This document shows, in pieces, positions 38,964 through 51,947 of a DNA stretch of 59,746 nucleotides. The DNA comes from Octopus bimaculoides (Eukaryota), in NCBI RefSeq assembly GCF_001194135.2, contig NC_068989.1, forward strand, positions 85,400,606-85,460,351, given 5' to 3'. Within the stretch, counting starts at the first letter, position 1. Every line of letters begins with the position of its first letter. The position numbers were made by a program, and so were the translations under genes. The notes under the pieces are model-generated. The model searched no databases. It was given only the letters and a program-made list of their open reading frames with translations, and was not told where the DNA came from.

Positions 38964-41900
38964 AAGTCAAGGAAAGAAAAAGAACTAAATGTAAACAGTA
39001 ATGTTCAGTTTCATCCAATGGAAAAGAGTGGTCATTCTAGGAAGAAAGATCACTTACTGCACACACACACACACACACACACGCAGATACATACCTTTGG
39101 TATATCATTAGACAGTTCGTATAGCCGATCTTGTTTCTCTTCATTCTGTGGAATAAAAAGAAAGGTAGGTGAAAAGCTAAAGAGAAAATGGTTGAGTTGT
39201 GTTGTGTTGGAAGGAAATCAATGTCAAAATATTTGGAATGGGTGTCGACACGTAGCCCCAGGTCAATTTTGATCCAGCAGACCTACGATCAAAGAAATTC
39301 CAGCCATGACCATCTTGTCTTATTCAGACAGTCTATCTAGAACTACACTATCTAATGTAGCCTTCCCGTTTTCTAAAAACAAAACAAAACAAAAAAACAG
39401 TAGACTGTGATATGAAGGATATATGGCTGTTGTTTCTAACAGATTGAGATGACCTCCAACCCCACCCCATAAAAGCTTCTTTACTGATTTGTAACATTTG
39501 GAGCTTCTAATTTCTGGGCAGGAGATGTTTGAACGATGGAGGGTGGCAGGCTTCCAAAGGTAGTTTTCAATGCTGAACTGTGTCAGGGCAGGCAGAACCG
39601 TAGTGGCCAGAGGTTACAATACAGGGATGTGCTGAAGAGACATATGAAGAACTCTGGCATTTCCCCATACAACTGGGAGAAAGGCTCTGTGGAGTGACGA
39701 ATAGCACCGATTGCTGAAACTCATAATTCCAGCCATTCAGGAGAAACAAGAGAGAGAATGCAAAAGAACACATGAGATGCGTAAATTCTTCATTGCATCA
39801 AGTAGCTTCACCTGCAACATTGCTGCTACAGATCAAAACCAGGCCTTGTGGTCCACATGTGAGTGCCAGAGATGAATACTGAACAAGAAGGGTCAACATT
39901 CACCTACAACATACAGCTGAAGAAAAAGAAGGATATTATTAATATATCCAGGCGCAGGAGTGACTGTGTGGTAAGTAGCTTGCTTACCAGCCACATGGTC
40001 CCGGGTTCATTCCCACTGCATGGCACCTTGGGCAAGTGTCTTCTACTATAGCCTCGGGCCGACCAAAGCCTTGTGAGTGGATTTGGAAGACGGAAACTGA
40101 AAGAAGCCCGTCGTATATATGTATGTGTGTGTATGTGTATATGTTTGTGTGTCTGTGTTTGACCCCCAACATCGCTTGACAACCGATGCTGTGTGTTTAC
40201 ATTCCCTGTAACTTAGCAGTTCGGCAAAAGAGACCGATAGAATAAGTACTAGGCTTCCAAAGAATAAGTCCTGGGGTTGATTTNNNNNNNNNNGCACCTT
40301 GGGCAAGTGTCTTCTACTATAGCCTCGGGCCGACCAAAGCCTTGTGAGTGGATTTGGAAGACGGAAACTGAAAGAAGCCCGTCGTATATATGTATGTGTG
40401 TGTATGTGTATATGTTTGTGTGTCTGTGTTTGACCCCCAACATCGCTTGACAACCGATGCTGTGTGTTTACATTCCCTGTAACTTAGCAGTTCGGCAAAA
40501 GAGACCGATAGAATAAGTACTAGGCTTCCAAAGAATAAGTCCTGGGGTTGATTTGCTTGACTAAAGACGGTGCTCCAGCATGGCCACAGTCAAATGACTG
40601 AAACAAGTAAAAGAGTAAAAGAGATATCAAATGTGTGAAGGTCAAGAATGGAACAGAGTGGATCATGACGATGATCAGTATCTGCTAGATTCTTGTAGTA
40701 ATAGTGGATGTGGTAGATACAGCAACAGCTGCAGCAATGGCAGTACAGTCATTTTCAGCAATAAAATACAATATAGCAAACAGCAGTGACAATTTCTAAC
40801 TTAGAGGTACTGGGGCACAGATTTAGGAGAGAAAGGTGGTGGTGAGGTTACAGTTGTCAACTGAGCCCAACACTTGACTGTTATAGACCATCGCCACCAG
40901 TACTCCAAACCCTTCCAGAAGGATGAAAGGTAAAGTTGGTCTCAGTAGAATCCAAATCCAAACTCAAAATATGAAAGGGACACAGTCGATCTGATGCTCT
41001 ACCGATTCTGAAAATAATGATAAAAACTTTCATCACCACCACAACTGTAACAAAACACATTATCATCAACCACCTCCATTCAGGTATTTCTAAACCCACT
41101 CCTTTCCCTTCCTCTCATCATTCTTACTGTGTCCCCCCCCCCACCTCCAGGCCCCACACAAATCGCTGTGCTCAATCTCTTCTTCCCAGAACATTATAAA
41201 ACCCTCTGGAATCCTCACTCTCCTTGCTCCTGTCTTTCTTAGACCATCACTATGTAGGAGAGCCTTACCCTTCCTCTAGAACCAACACAAAAAAAGATGA
41301 CTTAAACTCTTCAGTGTTCAGATTCTGTCAAAAGTAAAACTTATTTATTCACAGGTCTTGGATTAATTATACACATCTTGTAGCTTTGAGATGTTGATGA
41401 GGATAACTTAATTTTTAGAATGATATTGTAGGGTTGGTGTGAGAGGCCAAATCTGGCCAGTTTGAACATAAGATAGGTAGAATATTCGGGCTGGATATGG
41501 CCTGTTTAAATGCTAAAGGGTTAAAGTAAATTTCAGAAGTTTTGGAAGAGGAGCTATATTGACCCCATTCTGAAAGGATGAAAGGCAAGGTCAACCTCCT
41601 TTGGAATTTGAACCTAGACCACAAAGCCAGAAGAAACACAACTAAGCAGGATTTAAAGTAAATGAAACCCAGTCGTCGTTGTTGTTGTTCTGGTAGTATT
41701 GCTGTTTACATCCTATTGTCAATGTGTATACCTAGCTATCATGTTGTTGTATATAACCTACATACCTTACTATATATAGAAAGAGAAAGACACGTAAAGG
41801 GTGTGGTCACTTTCTCAATAACTTACACATCTTGTTCAATAACAGAAACCAAACACTACTACCACTGCAACTATCAACTGTGCTTTAGACCAGCAAAGTT

Positions 41901-44900
41901 TATGAGCAATAAACTAGTTATGCGTCCACAAAATATTCTAACAATTTTTATACATTTCCTAATGATATTTAATCATAAAAATACAATAGGACCTTTTAAG
42001 CACTGAATGGTTAAGAGGGTCCAACTAAGCAAAATAGAAATCAAAGGGGGGCCATAGGTAAAAAATGGTTGAGAACCCCTGCTCTACAGTAACCAGAGAA
42101 GGGATTGAACACAGCACTGCAAGCTAACAAAACAATGAGCACTGAGGTCATTTGCTTTTTAATAGCTAAACTAGGACCTGTTTACAGCCCTTACTGGCCT
42201 GGGCCAGTAAGGACCAAAGTTCTCTTTGTCACGGGACATCGTTTATAAAGTCTTCTGAGGGATGTTAAATAATGGAAATGGTTGAGAACAGTGAGATTCA
42301 TCAGACACAACCACATGGTTAGATATCTGTAGGGGAAGATGTATAATTGAGTGAATCAAGCCAAGTATATAACTGGTACTTAAGACATCCCAAAGAGACA
42401 AAAAAACACTTGACTTCAACTCAGAACAGGACACATGGTTGAGTACCATAAAGTGTTTAATGTGGCGGTTGTTATCAGACTCAAGAGAGAAATTATGTAG
42501 TTCTTTGATCTGCTCAAAATAGCAACCAAATCTCCCCTTCATCACATGCTGCAATTGTAAGAAAAGAAATATTGGATAACATAGTCTGAAATACACAACA
42601 TTTTGGAACAAAAACACTGTATGGTCAAGGGTTGGAATACTTTAAATCATAAAGCTGCCCAGTCACATCTGACCTAGAGCTAAACAACAAAAATAATGCA
42701 ACAAAAATAATGAAGTAAAAAAGTGGTCTGAATGTTATTGCCCAACCTGCTAGAAATAACAGCCAAATCTCCCTCAATTTACACGTTGCTATCTTAAAAA
42801 AGGGAAAGAGACATGTAACCAGTATATGTTATGTGTTACTGAAATAAAGTGAGGGTGATTAAGGTAGACTGAAACAGCCTTGCTCATAGAATTGCTCAAT
42901 CAAGGCTGACCTGGGGCTTAACAACAACAACAACAATAATTACTTGAAGAGGAAAACAGGGACTTTCAAGAGGAAAAGTAAACTGATTCAATTTACTCCA
43001 TGACTGGCACATTTTTATTGCTCACTGAAGAACGAAAAGTAATGTCCAGCTTGGCGAAAATTTTAAATTTAGATTGCAAAAGTTAGGTAACGAGTAGAGG
43101 ATGGGTTGAGAGAAACAGAAACTAGAATGAAAGAGAGCACTAGGTATCCAAAAGTGAGGAAGGTTTAGCATAAAGAGCAGAGCAGAGCAAACCTCCTATC
43201 AGCTCCAGTTACTTGAAACCAAGTTGAGAAAGGAGAACATCTTGAGAAGAGCAAAAGATTGACAAGGTAATTCTACACCACAACCAGTGTGCGTGTGTGT
43301 ACCACGTTTGTATGTGCATATCTGCATGCATGTATATAAGTATGTAGTTATATCTACCATATCTCTATAGGCTCTGTATGTGTATGTGTTTGCATGCATA
43401 TGTAAGTTTGTATGTATAAAGTTATGGTAGGTGGTGGTGGAGGTGGGTGCTGTGATTACAGTATGTGTGATGTCACAATTGAATATGGAGACCATTTGAT
43501 GATGTAACAGATTTAATAAATGCTGATTTAAAAACTCAGTGAGGTCATAAGCCAACTATATTTCAATTTACGTGGCAATGCATGTACATCCATCACTGAT
43601 AAACCTGTGTGTTTGTGTGTTTATGGTCTCAGCTCTGCTTTGTAAATTATCAGCAGTTGTCGGTAACTAAAGTATTTTCAGACCCCAAACGAAAGGGATG
43701 AAGACCCAGCTATATAATGAAGTACTTCCACCAAGAGATGTCCCTGGTGACACTGACAGCCAACAATTGGAGGTACCAAATGTACATGTGTTTATACACA
43801 CACAAACATACACATACATGAATATGTACAAACACCATCATCGTTTTTAACATTCTCACCAGAAACAGAGATAGGGAGATGCTCATATATGCAAAGTCCT
43901 CTGATGAAGAATGTACAACCTGACGTAGGTTAGTAGTTAGTGGCTTCAGATTTAGAGCTAGAAGGACTCAGAGAGCAACCCAGTTTGTAAAAGGGAGGTA
44001 TGAAAGATCCATTGAACAGTAAGGGATATAGAGAAGTTCAAAAGGAAGCATTTGTTGAGAAGGATGAGAAGTTAGAGACATACAACTTAAAGGATAACTG
44101 GAAGTTCTTATGGGACAACCTACTGAGGGCTACAGACCAAAAATGTGGCTGATGCAAAGTTCCAGCCATATCAAGGGTGGTGATGTGGTGGAACAGTGAG
44201 GTAGATAGAACCATAAAAGCAAAGAGATAGGTTTGAAAGGATTGTAAGAATAAGAGTAGCATAAAAATATACCAGGTAACTAAAAGAGAAACTAGGTGAT
44301 AGTTCTATATAACAAGGAGGGAAGCAGAAAGCAATGTTTTATGTGGTGTTCTAGATTGCAAGACAGTATATCAGAGAAAATTGTAATGTTGTAGGCAAGA
44401 AATGTGTATGATAGGCTTGCACTTTGTGATTCTGAAAAGAAAGAAGCACAGAAGTGCTACTATGAAAGGCTACTAAATGTGAAAAATGCATGGGAGAAGG
44501 CGAGTCTTCCTAATGTAGACCCAAAACCAGGGACAGCTATTAGTTGACAGCAGGATGAGAGAAAAAGCAATTAAGGATATGAAAACAGGGAACGCTTCTG
44601 GTCCTGCAGGAATTACCACGGAGATGTTTAAAATATTTGGTGAAGTGAGATACAGCCTAATCAATTGTATAATTAACCCTTTCATTACTGTATTTATTTT
44701 AAGATTCTCTGTGTTTCTTTAACAAAGAATTTAGTAAAATAACTTAGTTATCATTAAGCTAGTGTTAGGAACATAAATTGTGACTAAGGTTTGGTGGAAG
44801 ATTTTAATTCAAAACTTATGAAAACAAGACATTTGTACTCAGAACCAGAGCCGGTTTCAGCCAGGTTGCTAACGAAAGGGTTAATCAGGTTGTACAGGAA

Positions 44901-47152
44901 TGTATCATACTCAATGACTGATGTAGCAGCATTATATACAAGAGGAAAGGATATGTCATAGATAGAATTAGAGGTACTAAATTACTGGACCAGGTCATAA
45001 AAGGTACAGAAAGGGTTATAAGCTCAACTTATTAGGAAGAGAATTAGCCTATATGAGTTTGGTTTTGTACCAGAGAGAAGCACTACTGATGCTCTTTTTT
45101 CTAGGAAGTGTTTGGCTAAACACTTCTGTAGGAGAAGTGCTTAGCCAAAAATAAAATATTGAACTTGGCATTTGTTGACATGGAGAAAGCCTTTAATAGG
45201 GTCCCTCATTTCATCTGGTGACCATTGTCGAAGCCATGTACAGGGTGCAGTTAGTAAGGTGAAAGTTAATGAGTATAGTAATGAATTTAGTGTGCATGTA
45301 GGAATTCACTAGGGCTCAGTTCTCAGTCCCCTCATTTATCATAGCTCTTCAGACTAGAAGAGAGGAGTTTAAGACTGCTCGACTTTGGAAGCTCATCTAT
45401 GCTAATGATTTTGTTCTTATAGCTGAATCTGTGGAAGAATTCAGAAACAAAACCTGTGGAAGTGAAACTTGGAATTATCAAGAGTCGTAAGTTAGGTAGA
45501 GAACTGGGCAACAAAGATTTTATCTTCTGTAACAACAAATATCTATTACTTGGAAACAAGACCAGAAATTTGTAGAGGGAAAGCATGGCTGATAAACTCA
45601 AAGCTAGCATATGACTGGTGAAAGGTTTTTCACCCCAGAGGGATGGAAAGTGCTGATTTCAGCTCAAAATGTAAACAAATGAAACAAAATACCATCAATA
45701 ATTCAGTCAGAATCTCTATTTCAACCACTCTATTGCATCGCCCCTACTGTTAACAATAATGCCAACCCTACTATCTCATTGTTCTTATTCTGATGAATTA
45801 TCAGAAATTTTCTTAAATCATATCTATGAAGACTGATTAGATATGTAAGGCCTAATATGCTATCTCACTGTTATCAGTGCTAACTGAAACTTACCAGAGA
45901 GGTGTATATACTAGTTAAATCACTAGTGAGACTTACAGATTTAGTTACTCAAAGGTTGGACCTACACAGTGATGCACTCACCATGAAGCCTGTACATTTG
46001 TACACTCACCAGCGAGGACTATACACAGTAGCACACTCACCAGGATGGTCTACTCACAACAACACTCTTCCCATGATGTCTACACACAAGGGTACATTAC
46101 CCAGTGAAGTCTGTATAAAGTGGTACACAGTAAGGTTTATATATACCAAGCATGAACAGTCTTTTTCATGAAGCAGGCCGCAAGAGACATGGTTCATCAG
46201 GATGCATGAGAAAAACATTCAAGGTAATTTTTTTTTATTAGGTGTTCCACTGAGAAATTTTTGTGAACTTCAGTTTGCCTATGAGTGTTATGTACAGTAG
46301 TAAATTGAAATATTTCATTGTCTGCACTGGCTCCAGTCTCAGTGACATCATTCTGAAAAATGACATCAATATATTAGTTTGTTCTTAGAGACTAGACATT
46401 TTGGAATCCATTAGCTCTTCTAATTATTCTGAGATGGTTAATGACTCCGTTGTGCAGAATTATAGTTCGTAGATCTACTGAGGAGAATGACATGGTCAGT
46501 GGCTCCACTGTGCACAATTACATGGTTAGTTGCCAACTTAAATGGTCGGTGATGCTTTAAAACATCAGGTTTAGCTCTGAATCAAGCAGTCCAATGACTG
46601 AAGATATTTCCAGCATGACCGTTCCGTCTTTTAGCACATTCAGTGTTACATTAGGTCATTCCTATTTGAAGACAGTAGTGCTTAATTTTAAGAAGATTTG
46701 GCTGTTATGTCTAGCACACTGAGTGACAATGTAAAGGACCCCTTGTTTCCCCACTGCGTACTATAACAAAATAATTTAATAAAAGGTACAGAACTAGACG
46801 GACAGTCAAGGAAGTCAAACCAGTCTAGTGACCATTATTCAGTTGTTTATTAAGATTTTAAATACAATTCTCGTTAATGTTGTTTAGAATCAGTCTAATT
46901 TCCCCATTACCACCATTTGAAGTTACTGACAACAAAAGTCATTTACAAGAATTCATAAGTACACATCGCTCTCTCTCCTCTTCCTCGAGATCTCTGAAGA
47001 AGATTCAGGAGGAGGAGGAGAAGGAAGGGTAGGAGGAGAAGCAGAGGAAGAGAAAGTCGACTTACCTCTCTCTGCTGTTTTTCAAGTTCCTTCATTCGGA
47101 TTTCCCTGGCTTCACTTCTTGACGCTCTCTTGGCAGCCAATTTAGCCTCAGC
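27933..47152 (-). CDS. LRRFIP2: LRRFIP-family gene, 5'-partial; join of exons 47152-47066, 38414-38343, 34384-34214, 31615-31523, 30254-27933 (914 aa)
   Basis: All exons are phase 0 with canonical AG/GT boundaries and splice into one open frame. Peptides match the LRRFIP N-terminal helix ([29 protein letters not shown]), the SRRGS linker and the coiled coil ([28 protein letters not shown]). The LRRFIP1 vs LRRFIP2 label is nominal for an invertebrate gene. Confidence 0.93.
30500..30800 (+). mobile_element. maT-type transposase N-terminal fragment in an LRRFIP intron
   Basis: Degraded KKELEA...KTKKY...QQDP.RSMMAI...[24 protein letters not shown], resembling DD37D transposase HTH regions as I recall them. 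Confidence 0.55.
31523..31615 (-). CDS. LRRFIP2: LRRFIP coding exon, 93 nt: [31 protein letters not shown]
   Basis: Acceptor ttttccag after a (CT)n tract, donor GTAAGT. Heptad pattern continues the coiled coil. Confidence 0.9.
34214..34384 (-). CDS. LRRFIP2: LRRFIP coding exon, 171 nt: [57 protein letters not shown]
   Basis: Acceptor ttacag, donor GTAAGT. Matches the LRRFIP coiled coil (EEKYKKAMVSNAQLDNEK..YQVDTLKD). Confidence 0.96.
37600..38299 (-). mobile_element. Mariner remnant, 5' part with TIR (same family as 6615-7364)
   Basis: TIR tattgggtcatcccataaataatgc at the right end. Encodes [48 protein letters not shown] and [10 protein letters not shown]. Confidence 0.88.
38343..38414 (-). 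CDS. LRRFIP2: LRRFIP coding exon, 72 nt: [24 protein letters not shown]
   Basis: Acceptor taacag, donor GTTAGT, 24 codons. Carries the SRRGS motif that precedes the coiled coil in LRRFIPs. Locally CpG-rich, like coding DNA. Too short to appear in the ORF track. Confidence 0.88.
39505..39890 (+). mobile_element. RTE-clade LINE ORF2 3' end
   Basis: [44 protein letters not shown]...NWE...FTCN...KPGLVVHM, typical of the RTE/BovB-like C-terminus. Confidence 0.75.
39950..40625 (+). mobile_element. tRNA-derived SINE (family 3), young copy, duplicated across a 10-N gap
   Basis: 39950-40283 and 40294-40542 overlap identically, so probably one element mis-assembled. Tail aagtaaaagagtaaaagag. Confidence 0.8.
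44000..45560 (+). mobile_element. Degraded RTE-like LINE, reverse-transcriptase region
   Basis: Frameshifted [64 protein letters not shown] and YAND (decayed YADD) motifs. Confidence 0.88.
44677..44880. mobile_element. 204-bp piggyBac-like MITE nested in the LINE
   Basis: TTAA|CCCTTTCATTA...TAACGAAAGGG|TTAA. Removing it restores the LINE frame NCIINQVVQE. Confidence 0.88.
45880..46150. repeat. Degenerate ~30-bp minisatellite containing GTGAGT/GTAAGT...AG on the minus strand
   Basis: Plus-strand units such as ctacacagtgatgcactcaccatgaagc, tacatttgtacactcaccagcgagga, tacacagtagcacactcaccaggatgg. Confidence 0.6.
47066..47152 (-). CDS. LRRFIP2: LRRFIP coding exon, 87 nt: [29 protein letters not shown]
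   Basis: Acceptor ttacag, donor GTAAGT. Near-identical to the conserved [29 protein letters not shown] helix of LRRFIP proteins. Confidence 0.96.
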
Positions 47153-48085
47153 CTGTAATGGAGAAACACAACAATGGGTTATTATAGAGGCTTTAAGACA
47201 TCTGATTCAGTGGGGAATGGCAGGAAGAACAACAACAACTACATACTGAATAGTCAGTAATTGCTCTGATAAATTGCAACAACAACAACAACAATGATAA
47301 CAAAGGTTATGAAATCAACTATAATAACAAAATCAAGAATTATTAATGATTAGCAGCAACACTAACAACTTGTTGAATAGGCCTTGAGGTTTTATGTACA
47401 AAGAGTTAATTACAGTGGTCATTAATTATATAACTTAGAGAAATACACATCCTTACAGGATTACAGACACACCCACAAATTGAGGACTACAGACAGACAG
47501 ACAAACACATCAACGGTTATAGAGTAAATTTGTATTAGATAGATCTAGTACAAACTACTCCATTATCATTGCTCAATAAGGAAGCTGCTGTAATTTCTCA
47601 ACGAAGGCATATATCACTATATGGTTACTATAGTTTAGCCCGGTTCAGCTCTGATCAGCCAAAATTAACATCAAAGGCAATCTAGCTACAACCATCCTGT
47701 GTTTTTGAGTATCTAGAACTACATATTCTAAGTTGTCCTCTCTTTGTTTTCAATATAAGGACATATGATATTTGGCTGCTATTTCTAGTAGTTTAAGGAA
47801 CCATGCAGAGGCTCTTATCTCTTGTTGGCATATCACATGACAAGGATTCCTCTATTAGAACTGATGCCTTTGTCGGCTGAGTGTTTCAATGTTTTTGGAA
47901 ATGAACATTATTCTATTCTGCCCCAGTTCACCAAGGTTTCAGTATGAATAGGTACCACCATATCATGTGGGAAATGTTAACTAAGATAGACTGGTATTTT
48001 ATCCAGGAGATATCAAAGAGATTTATCTCAATTGTAGTGTGCTTCAAGGCAGAACACTTTATTCTATGTTACTTAACTCAGCTAG

Positions 48086-48469
48086 GGTGGAGGCGCAATG
48101 GCCCAGTGGTTAGGGCAGCGGACTCGCGGTCATAGGATTGCGGTTTCGATTCCCAGACCGGGCGTTGTGAGTGTTTATTGAGCGAAAGCACCTAAAGCTC
48201 CACGAGGCTCCGGCAGGGGATGGTGACGAACCCTGCTGTACTCTTCCACCACAACTTTCTCTCACTCTTACTTCCTGTTTCTGTTGTACCTGTAATTCAA
48301 AGGGTCAGCCTTGTCACACTGTGTCACGCTGAATATCCCCAAGAACTACTTTAAAGGTACACGTGTCTGTGGAGTGCTCAGCCACTTGCACGTTAGTTTC
48401 ACGAGCAGGCTGTTCCGTTAATCGGATCAACTGGAACCCTCGACGTCGTAAGCGACGGAGTGCCAACAG
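48086..48469 (+). mobile_element. tRNA-derived SINE (family 2), full length and young
   Basis: A box TGGCCCAGTGG, B box GGTTTCGATTCC, CpGs retained. 9-bp TSD ctcagctag (48077-48085, 48470-48478). Confidence 0.9.
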
Positions 48470-48999
48470 CTCAGCTAGTTGTCACAAAGAGAATAAGCTA
48501 CCATAATATTAGGAATGCCATAGAACCAAGGAGTAAATAACCTCTTCCTCACAACACAACATTATTTACTCCTCACCCCTTACAAACCAAGCCAATGTGG
48601 CAACCTCTACATAGTCTCTCAACTTGATGAAAATAGAGGCCAAATCTCCCTCAATTCAAACCACACTAAAGGACATACTGGATATTGTAATCCTGGGTTT
48701 TCTGTACATAAGAGAGAGATGGAATATAAAGGTCTGCTTAATCAGGGCTGACCTGGGGCTAAACAAGAACCCTTACAAAAATTAACACACACACATACAC
48801 ACAAAGGGGAAAACATTTTAATTTACATTTGAAAACCTGACAGACAAAGATGCTTGATGTGTGTGTGAGTGTATAAGTTTATTAACAGAATAGTTCGTTA
48901 TTTATTTGAGGAGTTAATGGAAACTACAGTGAGAAACAGCAAAGTTAATAGCTCAAAATCACTACAGGATGAACAACAGTAAGATATATTAGTATCAAA

Positions 49000-49475
49000 A
49001 TAATAATTCTTTCTACTATAGGCACAAGGCCTGAAATTTTAGAGGAGGAAACTCATCAATTCCATTGATCCTAGTGCTTAACTGGTACTATTCTATTGAC
49101 CCCAAAAGGATGAAAGGCAGGGTCAACTTTGGTAGAATTTGAACTCAGAATGCAAAAGATAGATAAAATGCCACTAAGCATTTTGTCTGGTGTGCTAATG
49201 GTTCTACCAGCTCACTACAACAACAACAACAACAATAATAATAATAAAGGCGGTGAGCTGGGAGAAACGTTAGCATGCCGGGTGAAATGCTTAGCGGTAT
49301 TTCGTCTGCTGTTGTGTTCTGAGTTCAAATTCCACCGAGGTTGACTTTGCCTTTTATCTTTTTGGGGTTGATTAAATAAGTACCAGTTACGCACTGGGGT
49401 CGATGTAATCGACTTAATCCCTTTGTCTGTCCTTGTTTGTCCCCTCTATGTTTAGCCCCCTGTGGGCGATAAAGA

Positions 49476-49521
<46 letters not shown>

Positions 49522-49823
49522 GGTTCAAATTTTGGCACAATNNNNNNNNNNNNNNNNNNNNNNTACAACAACAACAACAACAATAATAATAATAAAGGCG
49601 GTGAGCTGGGAGAAACGTTAGCATGCCGGGTGAAATGCTTAGCGGTATTTCGTCTGCTGTTGTGTTCTGAGTTCAAATTCCACCGAGGTTGACTTTGCCT
49701 TTTATCTTTTTGGGGTTGATTAAATAAGTACCAGTTACGCACTGGGGTCGATGTAATCGACTTAATCCCTTTGTCTGTCCTTGTTTGTCCCCTCTATGTT
49801 TAGCCCCCTGTGGGCGATAAAGA

Positions 49824-49869
<46 letters not shown>

Positions 49870-50690
49870 GGTTCAAATTTTGGCACAATGCCATCAATTT
49901 TGGGGGTAGGGTTGGGGATTAGTCAATTACATTGACCCCAGTGTTCAACTGGTACTTATTTTATCAACCTCAAAAGAATGAGGATGCAAAGCCGACCTCA
50001 GTGGAATTTGAACTCAGAATGTGAAGACAGAGGAAATACCAGTAGACAATTCTGCCAGTTTGCCACCTTAATAATAATCCTTTCTACTACAGGCATGAGG
50101 CATGAAATTTGGAGTGAGGGGGCTAATCGTTTACATTGACCCCCTCCCCTCAACTGGTACTTATTTTATTGCTCCCAAAATGATGACAGGCAAAGTCAAC
50201 CAGCATGGCATTTGATCTCAGAACATAAAGACAGACAGAATACCGCTAATAATTTTTTTCCCTCAGCATGTTAACAATCCTGCCAGCTTGCCCCCTTAAT
50301 AATGGTTTCAAATTTCGGCACAGGGCCAGCAGTGTTTTTTTTTTTTTTTTTTTTTTTTTTCCAAAGGGAAGAGGAAATCAATTTCATCGACCCCTAGTAA
50401 CTTGACTGGTAATTATTAATGCCAGTCGGCAATTTTGTCTGGTGCACGAACGGTCTTGCTAGTTCACTCAGCTTAATAATAATAATGGTTTCACATTTTG
50501 GCACAATGCCAGCAAGTTTTGGGAGGGTGTTAGTCAATTAAATTGACCCTAGTGTTTAACTGGTACTTATTTTATCAACCCTGAAAGGATGAAAGGCAAA
50601 GTTGACCTTGGCAGAATTTGAACTCAGAACATGAAGTCAGATGAAATGCCACTAAGCCCAGCATGCAACTGAATCTGCCAGCTCACTGCC

Positions 50691-50733
<43 letters not shown>

Positions 50734-50996
50734 TAATAATAATAATAATAATAATAATGATGATAATAATAATAATTATAATAATAATGTTCTACTATAA
50801 GCACAAGGTCCTAAATTTTGCAGGAGGGGGCAAGTCAATCCCGTCGACCCCGGTGTGTAGCTGGTACTTATTTCATTGACCTCGGAAGGATGAAAGGCAA
50901 AGTCAACTCCAAAACAACTTGAACACAGAACAAAGTCGGGGAAAATGCCACTAAGCAGTTTTCCTGGTGCAGTGACAATTCTGCCAGCTTCCCACC

Positions 50997-51043
<47 letters not shown>

Positions 51044-51045
51044 CC
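49000..51045. mobile_element. Dense array of family-1 SINEs in both orientations with (AAT)n spacers
   Basis: About 8-9 units. The plus copy at 49247-49480 is repeated at ~49598-49830 across a gap. Confidence 0.85.
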
Positions 51046-51789
51046 AAAGCAATAACTCGATGAAGTCTCTCCAGATAATTCCAAATTGCTGAGAACAAAA
51101 GAAATGGTTATTTGGATGCTAGCATGCAGAACTATAGAAACTATGAAATATATTAACAGAGCCACAAACTAGCTTCAAGGAATCAACTATAGTAGTAGTA
51201 GTAGTGTTAGTAGTAGTAGTAGTAGTAATAAAGAACAGCAGTAGTAGTAGTAGCAGTAGAGAAAAACCCAGGTGATGGAGAAATTGTAGAGTATATAGTA
51301 GTAGAGACTGTGACAGACATGACTGAGTATATTGGGAGTAAAAGAACTACTGTAAACCTACATCACTTATTGTGACTGATCACTTCAGGACAAGTACTTA
51401 ACTGTTTGTATTAGAACCCAGAGGTAATGTTTAAAATTTAACCCGGGGGGGGAGAAGCGTATGTAGATATATAACTGTGTACGGTGTTGTAGCAGACCTG
51501 AGAGCTGTGTAATGTACACTGAATTGAATTACATGTGATTGCATTATTATACTAAACCTAATGGCCATTACTGTGTGTGTAAGGGAGAGGGAGAGAGAGA
51601 GAGAAAGAGAAAGAGGGAGAGAGGGAGAGAGAGAGAGAGAGGGGTCAGATAATTAAAAAAATGCTCATTGCTGATAATCATGTAAACTAACACTATGTAT
51701 ATAGATATGAGTGTGTGTGTGTGTGTATTGTGTAAAATTACACTTGATGGCTGCTACTGTATACAGAATTATCACACGTGTGTGTCTAT

Positions 51790-51837
<48 letters not shown>

Positions 51838-51899
51838 ATGTATATATATATTAAACCTGAGGACCATGTAGAACATGGATGCCTGGTGGTCAAAATTTC

Positions 51900-51947
<48 letters not shown>

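Noticed and set aside
48089-48165. Possible tRNA gene (A and B boxes present)
   Set aside because: It is the tRNA-derived head of a SINE: it continues into the SINE body, has a TSD and has a second copy at 10334-10717.
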